The notes beneath the pieces are model-generated. The model did no database searches, had not been told where the DNA came from, and saw only the letters and a list, made by a program, of their open reading frames with translations. Below are positions 1 to 7,270 of a stretch of 16,778 bases of DNA, piece by piece. The translations under genes were made by a program, and so were the position numbers. Source of the DNA: Escherichia coli. GTDB lineage: Bacteria > Pseudomonadota > Gammaproteobacteria > Enterobacterales > Enterobacteriaceae. The DNA is taken from assembly GCF_003334255.1 (NCBI RefSeq), contig NZ_QOWU01000076.1, one strand, 5' to 3'. Within the stretch, counting starts at the first letter, position 1. The number at the start of each line of letters is the position of its first letter.

Positions 1-1
1 G

Positions 2-268
2 CAGTATCACGCAGAGCTGAAGAGTCTGACCGGTGCAGAAAGAACGGCGTTCATTGACGAGAACAACGGAAAATTGTTGATGAACGGGCTTATGCAGGAT
101 ACCCGGAAGAGACTGAAGGATTTGCGCAAACAGCGCGATGCCATTTATGCCGACAGTTCTCTCAGTCTGGCGCAGCAGGCGGCGATGGTGAAATCGGTAG
201 AGCGGGATATGAAGGTTGCCGTGGATCGCTTTAACCGCGAGTACAACAAAAAAGTGGGAGTGGATTAA
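2..268 (+). CDS. 3' end of a protein-coding gene that begins upstream of the window (C-terminal ~88 codons; charged, probably helical); product not identified
   Basis: Frame 2 is open from the window edge to the TAA at 266-268; the listed 64-aa ORF (74-268) is the tail of this longer frame. No family recognised from sequence. Confidence 0.35.
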   Translation, partial: QYHAELKSLTGAERTAFIDENNGKLLMNGLMQDTRKRLKDLRKQRDAIYADSSLSLAQQAAMVKSVERDMKVAVDRFNREYNKKVGVD

Positions 269-276
269 CAGAAATG

Positions 277-298
277 GCCCCGTACGGAAGTGCGGGGC
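277..298 (+). terminator. Stem-loop just downstream of the preceding stop codon (9-bp stem with one G-U pair, GGAA loop); weak or atypical terminator
   Basis: gccccgtac-ggaa-gtgcggggc begins 9 nt after the stop at 266-268, but the 3' flank (tgattaag) is not a U-tract, so canonical intrinsic termination is uncertain. Confidence 0.25.
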
Positions 299-418
299 TG
301 ATTAAGAAATAAACACACATTAACCTGTAATAACCGGAGCTATTAACATATAGTCAGAAAGAGTATTTCATGTGAGACAGAGAGCCGATTTATGTTTAAT
401 GAAGAAAAAGTTGCGTAA

Positions 419-943
419 ATGGCAGCGTATTTGCTGAAAAAACATGGCGGATCTATGCGTTTCATTAAGCTGATGTATCTCTCTGACCGCAAAGCAATGG
501 AGTTGTATGGTTTTCCCATTAGTGGTGATCATTATTTCTCTATGAACAAAGGACCCGTTTTATCGCAGACATATTCTTTGGTTAAGGATGGAAGTGAAAA
601 CGAGTACAGTCCGTGGGAATCATGGATATCTGATGTAGCGGATCATAAGGTTGAAATGTGGCGTACATTTTCTTCTGTTGATGAGCTGGGGGAGTTATCG
701 CCCGCAGAAATAGAGTCAATGGACATAATTTTTGGTCAATATGGAGGTTGGGATGCGTTCAGGCTTTGTGATGAAACTCACAGAATTTGCGGTGAGTGGC
801 GCGATCCGCATGGTTCATCAATTCCAATCAGCCTTAAGGATATATTTATTGCTCTTGGAAAGTCGCCAGAAGCAGCAACAGTAATGGCGAATAGCATTTA
901 TGCGCAAAATAATCTTGATATATTATTAAGTGATCTGAGGTAG
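419..943 (+). CDS. Panacea-domain (DUF4065, GepA/SocA-like, COG3600 phage-associated) protein, 174 aa
   Basis: The N-terminal region has the pattern I associate with DUF4065 (IKLMYLSDRKAMELYGFPISGDHYFSMNKGPVLSQTY, i.e. K-L-x-Y-L ... GPV ... Y). An in-frame ATG at 392 is followed by 8 codons and a TAA at 416-418 directly abutting this ATG. Confidence 0.55.
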   Translation: MAAYLLKKHGGSMRFIKLMYLSDRKAMELYGFPISGDHYFSMNKGPVLSQTYSLVKDGSENEYSPWESWISDVADHKVEMWRTFSSVDELGELSPAEIESMDIIFGQYGGWDAFRLCDETHRICGEWRDPHGSSIPISLKDIFIALGKSPEAATVMANSIYAQNNLDILLSDLR

Positions 944-1031
944 TCGGGATGATGTTCAGCCCTTATTTGTATTTACCGGGGAGGGAAGATGTTTAATTCC
1001 GATTCCCCGGCTCCACAGGCCTAACCTAACT

Positions 1032-1676
1032 TTATGTAACAGTCCATGCAGGGCTGAAATCTGCCTGCTGAAATAACTCCGTTAGCCCGCTAATCTGCTT
1101 TAACCTCAGAACTTCATCCTGGTCCATCCCCAGTTCTGTTCCGATACGTTCATCAGTCCAGCCAAGACGTGAAAGATCTCTGACAATATCAGACATTGAG
1201 GTTATCTGGTGTTTCCCCCTGGCTCTGTTATGTCGGATAGTCGCGGCAATACGTGAGGTTTGTCCCTTTCGGTCTGGATTAATACAGGTTACTGGTAGCC
1301 AGCCTTTCAGGCGTTTTCCAGTAACTGTTCTTCTACCTAGTAACTGCCTATGAAAACCATCCACCACCAGGTAATGGCTTGTTTCTTCCGAAACAACAAT
1401 TGGTTGAGTAAAACCGTCTTTTTCCAGAGATTGTTTCAGTAATTTTTTTTCGCTTGGGGCCATGACATTGGGATTATAATCGTTAGCGACAATTTCATCC
1501 GCTTTTACCCACAGCACACAGTCCACTGGTTCTTGAGCAAAGGGGCTGATCTCATGGAGTACGCAGCGGAGATGGTTCAGGGCCTGTATGGTTTTCTCTT
1601 CAGATTGTTCCTGACTGAAGTACTGTCGAATCATCTTGCTCAGCACCTCCACCTCTGGTGTCACAGAATTCCCCAT
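1032..1676 (-). CDS. ibrB: ParB-like nuclease-domain protein, IbrB-type (214 aa)
   Basis: ParB/Srx-type motif (LVVDGFHRQ) and C-terminal helix-turn-helix-like region; strong RBS (aaggaggaagga) before the ATG at 1674-1676; the start overlaps the 3' end of the upstream gene by 16 nt. Confidence 0.65.
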   Translation of the reverse strand: MGNSVTPEVEVLSKMIRQYFSQEQSEEKTIQALNHLRCVLHEISPFAQEPVDCVLWVKADEIVANDYNPNVMAPSEKKLLKQSLEKDGFTQPIVVSEETSHYLVVDGFHRQLLGRRTVTGKRLKGWLPVTCINPDRKGQTSRIAATIRHNRARGKHQITSMSDIVRDLSRLGWTDERIGTELGMDQDEVLRLKQISGLTELFQQADFSPAWTVT

Positions 1677-2887
1677 TCCTTCCTCCTTTCATTCATACGC
1701 TGCAGGTAACGTTCATAGTGCCGGGGTTTGTTGGGGCTGAAGGAGAGCGTTCGGCACCAGAAATCATTCTTTATGAGAGTCTTACAAATACGTCGCCAGG
1801 AGGGAACATCCCGGCAGCCCAGATCATTTTCCTGTTCATCCGGGATATCATCCGGGAATCCCCGGTTCTGATACCAGCGCAGGTAAACTGCTATCTTGTT
1901 GCGGTAGTGTTCAGCCGTTCTTTCCGGCATTACGTCCAGCAGGAAGAACGCATAGCTGCGCCAGGTATGATGGGATGGTTTTGACATCCGTTTACGCAGG
2001 GCAAAATAGGCCCCGCTTTCATTGGCATAAAGAGCCCCACTGGCAGCACCAGATACTCGTTCACACATCCGTGCCCAAGTTTCTGGCTCCAGAACATGAT
2101 AAAGCCATAGTCCCTTACGCTGTTCCGGGCCAAAAGGCTCACAGACACGCATATTACGTAGAGGAATGCCTGCGCGGTACATCAAATCATACAGAGGATT
2201 GTAGATTGCACAGGTTTTAGCGTTATATACCCAGATATCGTTGGTTTTCCAGTCATACAGCGGATACATGGTGTAGTAAAAACCTTCAGGTGACGCCGTG
2301 GTCCAGGGTTTATCATCTGCATATCTCAGTTTTCGTTGGGAAACCAGTCCCATAAATCTGTTAAGAGATTCATCCGCGCGGACTCCAGTCAGTATTGCCA
2401 CGCTACATTGGTTACTTGCGAACCAGGAAGAAAAAGCCGGGACAAATTCTTCAAAAGTCATGGCGTAGCGGTAAAAGGGGAAATACGCCATATCAGTAAT
2501 AGCATCTTCCGGTGGCTGTCGAACCCACTCTACACCGGGCTCCCAGCATATCCACTCAGGCTGAAACTGCGAGACACCATTTACTGTCGTCAGGGGAAGT
2601 GCAACCCAGTAAAAGGTATCTGTTACATCTTGGTACATCATCCGCATCTTCTGTATATGATCAATGGTGCATTGATACTGGGCTTCCCAGTCAATGAACA
2701 ATACAGAAAAACGACGTTTCTTCCTGTAGGCCACTTCGGCTACAAGATGGAAAAGTACAGTGGAATCTTTACCGCCAGAAAAAGATAAACATACAGAAGA
2801 GAATGTTTCAAACAACCATTCAATGCGGTGAATGGCTGCTGACAAAACATCTTCTCCAGTTCTGATTTTTGTTATAGTTACCGGCAT
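1661..2887 (-). CDS. ibrA: PAPS-reductase-family PP-loop protein with extended C-terminal domain, IbrA-type (408 aa)
   Basis: PP-loop motif SFSGGKDS near the N-terminus, typical of the PAPS reductase / DndC-like ATP pyrophosphatase family; the stop at 1661-1663 overlaps the ibrB start, suggesting translational coupling. No clear Shine-Dalgarno before the ATG at 2885-2887. Confidence 0.7.
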   Translation of the reverse strand: MPVTITKIRTGEDVLSAAIHRIEWLFETFSSVCLSFSGGKDSTVLFHLVAEVAYRKKRRFSVLFIDWEAQYQCTIDHIQKMRMMYQDVTDTFYWVALPLTTVNGVSQFQPEWICWEPGVEWVRQPPEDAITDMAYFPFYRYAMTFEEFVPAFSSWFASNQCSVAILTGVRADESLNRFMGLVSQRKLRYADDKPWTTASPEGFYYTMYPLYDWKTNDIWVYNAKTCAIYNPLYDLMYRAGIPLRNMRVCEPFGPEQRKGLWLYHVLEPETWARMCERVSGAASGALYANESGAYFALRKRMSKPSHHTWRSYAFFLLDVMPERTAEHYRNKIAVYLRWYQNRGFPDDIPDEQENDLGCRDVPSWRRICKTLIKNDFWCRTLSFSPNKPRHYERYLQRMNERRKEWGIL

Positions 2888-3053
2888 ACAATCTGATAAA
2901 AATAGCGAGGGTTTGCATTTTACCTAGTAACGTTATGTAACTATTTTTTTGAATAAAGGCAATGAGATAATGATAAAAAATGTTTATCTAATGTACTGAG
3001 CTCTTCTCTTTATTGTATTAACTCTTCGATTTCAGCGGCGTTGTCGTTCAGGT

Positions 3054-3078
3054 ATAAAAAAAGGAGCCGAAGCTCCTT
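3054..3078 (-). terminator. Intrinsic terminator for the minus-strand antirepressor gene
   Basis: On the minus-strand RNA: AAGGAGC-UUCG-GCUCCUU (7-bp stem, UUCG tetraloop) followed directly by UUUUUAU; sits 5 nt past the stop codon at 3084-3086. Confidence 0.7.
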
Positions 3079-3083
3079 TGGTA

Positions 3084-3713
3084 TCAGAATTCAAATTGTC
3101 TTGCCCGCAGGCTTTTCAGCATTGGTCTGGCCCGCTGAACTACGAAACTCGACTGGTCAAGCCGTGCCGCCTCTCTCAGTAGCACATCTCTGTTCTTCGT
3201 CACCATGTAGATAGTCTCAAACGCAATGTCATACAGCTTGTTCGTGTATGAGGAGTTCAGCTCTTTCATTATGGGGTACAGCTGCTTGCTAAGGTCCTGG
3301 GCTTTTTCCATCCAGAGCTGCATGTAGCAAAGGAGGATGATTTCCTCGGCTGTGAATTGCGGCTGTGGTTCTGCTTGTACTGGCTGAATGTTGCGAAGTT
3401 TCTTTTCGCACTCGATGAAGTAGCGGCGGATCTGGCGACCTTTTTCGTTACGTTCAACCATCGCAAGCTCTTTGGCTGTGTCGAGGGTGAGGTGGTAATC
3501 CTTGCGGCGGCGGCCTGGAGTTTTCGCCAAATTTGGCGAAAATAGAATGTAGTCTAAATTTTCTACGAATCCATACTCGTTTAGCCTGGCCCGTATCCAG
3601 TTAGAAAAATCTTTACCTACCTCTAAAAATCCATGCAAATCACGCGCGTTCACCAGAAGCGTAGGTTCATTTGAGATTGTACCTTCAAACACAGGGATGA
3701 GTTGAGTGGTCAT
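3084..3713 (-). CDS. Phage antirepressor, AntA/AntB N-terminal domain protein (about 209 aa from ATG at 3711-3713)
   Basis: N-terminal motif LIPVF...LVNARDLHGFLEVGKDFSNWIRARLNEYGFVENLDY matches the AntA-family pattern as I recall it; RBS aaggagg 5-11 nt upstream of the ATG. The listed 263-aa ORF has a 54-codon upstream extension with no RBS that overlaps the conserved leader, so the shorter start is preferred. Confidence 0.6.
   Translation of the reverse strand: MTTQLIPVFEGTISNEPTLLVNARDLHGFLEVGKDFSNWIRARLNEYGFVENLDYILFSPNLAKTPGRRRKDYHLTLDTAKELAMVERNEKGRQIRRYFIECEKKLRNIQPVQAEPQPQFTAEEIILLCYMQLWMEKAQDLSKQLYPIMKELNSSYTNKLYDIAFETIYMVTKNRDVLLREAARLDQSSFVVQRARPMLKSLRARQFEF
3454..3508. repeat. 55-bp direct repeat, copy 1 (54/55 identical to 3982-4036), inside the full-length antirepressor gene
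   Basis: Direct comparison: tcaaccatcgcaagctctttggctgtgtcgagggtgaggtggta[a/t]tccttgcgg; encodes HLTLDTAKELAMV in both paralogs, while flanking coding sequence is clearly diverged. Confidence 0.8.
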
Positions 3714-3801
3714 GATGACCTCCTTTGGCTTTTTTCGAGAAATGCCACCACAAGATGTGGTGCCGGGAGGCTCGAAACGGCCCAAAAGATACCGCGGACT
3801 T

Positions 3802-3824
3802 ATTCCCCTTGCGGGTGTTGTATT
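3802..3824 (-). promoter_or_regulatory. Conserved 23-nt leader motif, copy 1 (attccccttgcgggtgttgtatt), upstream of the full-length antirepressor gene
   Basis: Identical 23-mer at 4336-4358 upstream of the truncated paralog; both leaders also share caggcataaaaaa (3883-3895 and 4405-4417). Function not determined. Confidence 0.3.
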
Positions 3825-3962
3825 CGTCGCCCTCCCGACATTGATCGGGGATGTGACCGCACACTGTGCTATCACTGAATAACAGGCATAAAAAATCCAA
3901 CACTGACGGGGTTGGTTTAATCCGCTTTTGGGAGGTTTTCGAGGCCTCGGCGCGGAGTATAG

Positions 3963-4247
3963 TCAGTATTGGACGCAGTCGTCAACCATCGCAAGCTCTT
4001 TGGCTGTGTCGAGGGTGAGGTGGTATTCCTTGCGGTTGTGACCGCCTCTACCTTTTGCTTCCCGAATTTGGGAAGCAATCATATAGTCCTGATTTTCAAC
4101 GAAACCATATTCAGCAATACGTTCTGTTATCCACGATGCAAAGCGTTTACCAACCCCAAGGAAAGCGTGTAGATTGCGAGCATTGCATAGAAGGGCTGCT
4201 TGGTTTGAGATAGAACCGTTGAATACGGGGATGAGTTGACTGGTCAT
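3963..4247 (-). CDS. Truncated AntA-domain paralog (94 aa), probably a 5' gene remnant
   Basis: MTSQLIPVF...NARNLHAFLGVGKRFASWITERIAEYGFVENQDY parallels the downstream antirepressor N-terminus; same RBS (aaggagg) and start context; the ORF ends 7 codons after the shared 55-bp core. Confidence 0.45.
   Translation of the reverse strand: MTSQLIPVFNGSISNQAALLCNARNLHAFLGVGKRFASWITERIAEYGFVENQDYMIASQIREAKGRGGHNRKEYHLTLDTAKELAMVDDCVQY
3982..4036. repeat. 55-bp direct repeat, copy 2 (pairs with 3454-3508)
   Basis: See copy 1; single mismatch at 4026 versus 3498. Confidence 0.8.
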
Positions 4248-4335
4248 GATGACCTCCTTATTTGTTTAGTTTATAACCGCCAGTTAGTAGCTGGCGGTCG
4301 GGTGTCAACTGAGCCAAATAAGAAGCTCTGGGCAT

Positions 4336-4358
4336 ATTCCCCTTGCGGGTGTTGTATT
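4336..4358 (-). promoter_or_regulatory. Conserved 23-nt leader motif, copy 2
   Basis: Exact copy of 3802-3824; lies between the candidate promoter (4466-4495) and the RBS of the truncated antirepressor gene. Confidence 0.3.
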
Positions 4359-4465
4359 ACGCCTCTCCACCCGACCTTTGTACGGATGTAACTATGCCAA
4401 ATTGCAGGCATAAAAAAGCCGCAAAGCTATCGGGTGCGGAGACCGCTTATTTGTTCAGTGCGATC

Positions 4466-4495
4466 AGTATGCGATAGCTCTGGCGGATTTGTCAA
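4466..4495 (-). promoter_or_regulatory. Candidate sigma70 promoter reading leftward toward the antirepressor genes
   Basis: On the minus strand: TTGACA (plus 4490-4495), 18-bp spacer, CATACT (plus 4466-4471). Sequence match only; no experimental support. Confidence 0.3.
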
Positions 4496-4584
4496 ATCGT
4501 GCAGTAACATCCTTTTCTTCCTTGCCATTTCTCAATGATGACAAAGGGTGGATTCGGATTGGTATTGGGACAAAAGTGAGACAC

Positions 4585-4618
4585 ACAAAGCTTTGCATCG
4601 GCTTACAAAGCTTTGCAT
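4585..4618. promoter_or_regulatory. Operator-like element: two copies of acaaagctttgcat, each with a perfect 10-bp palindrome CAAAGCTTTG, centres 20 bp apart
   Basis: Direct reading: 4585-4598 and 4605-4618 are identical 14-mers; the core is self-complementary; spacing equals about two helical turns; located about 100 bp upstream of the candidate antirepressor promoter and about 75 bp from the ynfG junction. Confidence 0.35.
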
Positions 4619-4662
4619 GTTTTTCAATGTTGGGACGTGTGAGCGCAGAAATGACGGGCTAT

Positions 4663-4776
4663 CTAATTGATTTTAAACGATACGTAACCAACTTTAAAAT
4701 CTTTGCACGCCAGTTCGCAGGTTTTACAGCCAGTACAGCGGCTGGAATCGATAAAAAATCCATATTGTGTGGTCAT
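4663..4776 (-). pseudogene. ynfG: 5' fragment of ynfG (DmsB-like 4Fe-4S subunit gene): 28 native codons, then 9 foreign codons and a stop
   Basis: Translation from the ATG at 4774-4776 gives MTTQYGFFIDSSRCTGCKTCELACKDFK (matches the ferredoxin-type DmsB/YnfG N-terminus as I recall it), then VGYVSFKIN-stop; RBS aaggag sits 7 nt upstream of the ATG and 10 nt after the ynfF stop. Confidence 0.7.
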
Positions 4777-4786
4777 GGGCTACTCC

Positions 4787-7210
4787 TTAAACCTTTTCGA
4801 TCTGGACAAGATTGCTGTGCGACGGGTTTCCCTTTGCCAGCGGTGAAGGGCGGTGAGAGGTCAGAATATTGATACTGCCGCCGTGATCGACCCGGTCACC
4901 AAACATATCCGCTTTAAGCCACGCACCTTGCCCGATGGCGGTAACGCCAGGCAGAATACGCGGAGTCACTTTTGCGGCAATCAGCATTTCTCCATTATTG
5001 TTAAATACCCGCACGGTATCGCCATGACGGATACCGCGTGCCTGAGCATCAATGGGGTTGATCCACACCTCTTGTGGGCAGGCCTGCTGTAACACATCAA
5101 TATTGCCGTAGCTGGAGTGGGTACGCGCTTTGTAATGGAAGCCCGTTAACTGCAGTGGATAGGTTTTCCGCAGGGGATCGTCCCAGCCATCAAAACCTGG
5201 GGTATACGCAGGAAGGGGATGAATAATTTCATCTTTTTTCAATTCCCAGGTATCTGCAATCTTCGCCAGTCGTTCAGAATAAATTTCGATTTTCCCCGAA
5301 GGTGTTTTCAACGGGTTTGCCTGTGGATCTTCACGGAATGCGCGGAAAGCGACGTAGTGTTCTTCCGGGCATTTTTTCTTAAAGATCCCGGTCGTTTTCA
5401 TCTCCTCGTAGTCGGGCATCTCAGGGTTACGTTCCTTCGTTTTCGCATGGAGATATTTGATCCATTCATGCTGACTGCGACCTTCAGTAAAGGTTTGATA
5501 AACGTCTGGTCCTAAGCGTTTGGCGACTTCACTCAGCATCCAGTAGATGGGTTTGCGTTCAAATTTTGCTGAGGTTGCGGGTTGGGCGAGGATCACATAG
5601 CCCATATTCCCTGCAGATTCATGAGAGATAAGGTCTTCTTGCTCTGTTGGCATCAGGTCGGGCAACAGGATATCGCAATACTTAGCCGAGGCCGTCATGA
5701 AGTGGTCAATGCCAACAATCATCTCGCACTTGCTGTCATCCTGAAGCACCTCATGGGTGTGATTGATGTCGCCATGTTGATTGATCAATGTGTTACTGGC
5801 GTAGCACCATAAAAACTTGATGGGGACATCCAGTTTTTCTTTTCCACGAACACCATCACGGGTCGCGGTCATTTCCGTACCATGGTCGATGGCATCTGTC
5901 CATGTAAAGACGGAAATCTGCGTTTTAACAGGATTCTCGAGCATCGGGAACCATTCTACCCCCAGATCCCAGCTACCTTCGCGTACGCCTGAGTTGCCGC
6001 CGTTTATGCCGACGTTGCCGGTGAGAACGGAAAGCATGGCAATAGCGCGGGATGTTTGCTCGCCGTTGGAATGTCGTTGTGGCCCCCAACCCTGACAAAT
6101 ATAAGCAGGTTTTGCTGAACCGATCTCTCGTGCCAACTGGATAATTTTTTCTGCCGGGATGCTGGTGATTTTTGCTGCCCATTCCGGCGTTTTAGCTATG
6201 CCGTCAGGCCCTTCGCCCAGAATATAGGCTTTATAATGCGCGTTACGTGGTGCGTTGGCGGGCAGCGTTTTTTCATCGTAACCAACACAATATTTGTCGA
6301 GAAATGGCTGATCGACCATGTTTTCAGTAATCAGTACCCAGGCAATCGCACAGGCCAGTGCGCCATCGGTGCCAGGGCGAATGGGCAGCCATTCATCTTC
6401 ACGCCCGGCAGCAGTGTCGTTATAACGTGGATCGATGACGATCATGCGTGCGTTTGAACGTTCGCGGGCTTGCTCGACGTAGTAAGTGACACCACCGCCG
6501 CTCATCCGCGTTTCTGCCGGGTTATTTCCGAACATAACGACCAGTTTCGTATTGGCGATATCATCCGGGCTGTTGCCATCATTGGCACCGAACATATAAC
6601 TCATTGCGGCACTGATCTGTGCGGTACTGTAGCTGCCATAGCGACTGAGAAAACCACCGCAAGAGTTCATCAGACGGTACGGGACGTTTGAGTTGGTGAT
6701 GTTTCCGCCATCTACGCCTGTTCCGTACAGGACATGTACAGCCTCATTGCCGTAATCTTTCAGGATCCGCCGAAGATTATCACTGATGGTATCTAGGGCT
6801 TCGTCCCAACTTATCCGTTCAAATTTACCTTCACCGCGCTTGCCGACGCGCTTCATGGGATATTTCAACCTATCAGGATGATTCATCCGTCGGCGGATAG
6901 AGCGCCCGCGTAAACACGCTCGAACCTGATGATTACCGTAGACGTCGTCACCTGTCGTATCAGACTCCACCCAGTACACGGTGTCATCTTTCACATGCAA
7001 ACGTAACAGACAGCGGCTCCCGCAGTTAACGGTGCAGGAACTCCAGACCGCTTTCTCTTCTACCGGAGCCTCTGCCGCCCGGACCATTTGGGAAAATGGC
7101 AGAGTGAAAGCACTGCTTGCCAGCGCAAGACTGCCAAGTGCGGAGGTTTTCATCAGACTTCTACGGCTGATTTCAGCCTTCATGAGCGCCTCTGTGGTAT
7201 GGATTTTCAT
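4787..7210 (-). CDS. ynfF: Tat-exported molybdopterin (bis-MGD) oxidoreductase catalytic subunit, DMSO-reductase family paralog YnfF
   Basis: Twin-arginine signal (ISRRSLMK), N-terminal Cys cluster (CTVNCGSRC), about 808 aa with typical DmsA-family length. Start taken at the second of two adjacent ATGs (alternative start 7213). Confidence 0.9.
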   Translation of the reverse strand: MKIHTTEALMKAEISRRSLMKTSALGSLALASSAFTLPFSQMVRAAEAPVEEKAVWSSCTVNCGSRCLLRLHVKDDTVYWVESDTTGDDVYGNHQVRACLRGRSIRRRMNHPDRLKYPMKRVGKRGEGKFERISWDEALDTISDNLRRILKDYGNEAVHVLYGTGVDGGNITNSNVPYRLMNSCGGFLSRYGSYSTAQISAAMSYMFGANDGNSPDDIANTKLVVMFGNNPAETRMSGGGVTYYVEQARERSNARMIVIDPRYNDTAAGREDEWLPIRPGTDGALACAIAWVLITENMVDQPFLDKYCVGYDEKTLPANAPRNAHYKAYILGEGPDGIAKTPEWAAKITSIPAEKIIQLAREIGSAKPAYICQGWGPQRHSNGEQTSRAIAMLSVLTGNVGINGGNSGVREGSWDLGVEWFPMLENPVKTQISVFTWTDAIDHGTEMTATRDGVRGKEKLDVPIKFLWCYASNTLINQHGDINHTHEVLQDDSKCEMIVGIDHFMTASAKYCDILLPDLMPTEQEDLISHESAGNMGYVILAQPATSAKFERKPIYWMLSEVAKRLGPDVYQTFTEGRSQHEWIKYLHAKTKERNPEMPDYEEMKTTGIFKKKCPEEHYVAFRAFREDPQANPLKTPSGKIEIYSERLAKIADTWELKKDEIIHPLPAYTPGFDGWDDPLRKTYPLQLTGFHYKARTHSSYGNIDVLQQACPQEVWINPIDAQARGIRHGDTVRVFNNNGEMLIAAKVTPRILPGVTAIGQGAWLKADMFGDRVDHGGSINILTSHRPSPLAKGNPSHSNLVQIEKV

Positions 7211-7270
7211 CATTACTCACTTATTGCTTTTCAAACAAAATGTCATGCCAGAATTTATGGTTGTCGTGGG

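Larger units (their letters stand above)
1..4692. mobile_element. Phage-derived island (partial; continues upstream of window) that replaces the distal part of ynfG
   Basis: Contains antirepressor genes, ibrB/ibrA-type pair and a phage-associated Panacea-domain gene; ends where ynfG homology stops (after codon 28, around 4693). Confidence 0.55.

Noticed and set aside
976-1010. Possible bidirectional terminator between the convergent Panacea-domain and ibrB-type genes
   Set aside because: The 7-bp stem (ccgggga/tccccgg) encloses a 21-nt loop and lacks flanking U-tracts, so it is too weak to call.
1658-2788. Plus-strand ORFs (108, 81, 150 and 61 aa) inside the ibrA-type gene
   Set aside because: All antisense to a gene with a clear PP-loop motif; no RBS or recognisable domains.
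3714-3875. 54-codon N-terminal extension of the antirepressor ORF (listed as 263 aa)
   Set aside because: No RBS at the upstream ATG, whereas the internal ATG has a strong aaggagg RBS and aligns with the start of the paralog; the extension overlaps the conserved non-coding leader.
4489-4872. 127-aa plus-strand ORF spanning the ynfG remnant and the 3' end of ynfF
   Set aside because: Lies antisense to recognisable coding sequence, has no RBS, and starts in the leader/operator region; better explained as a chance open frame.
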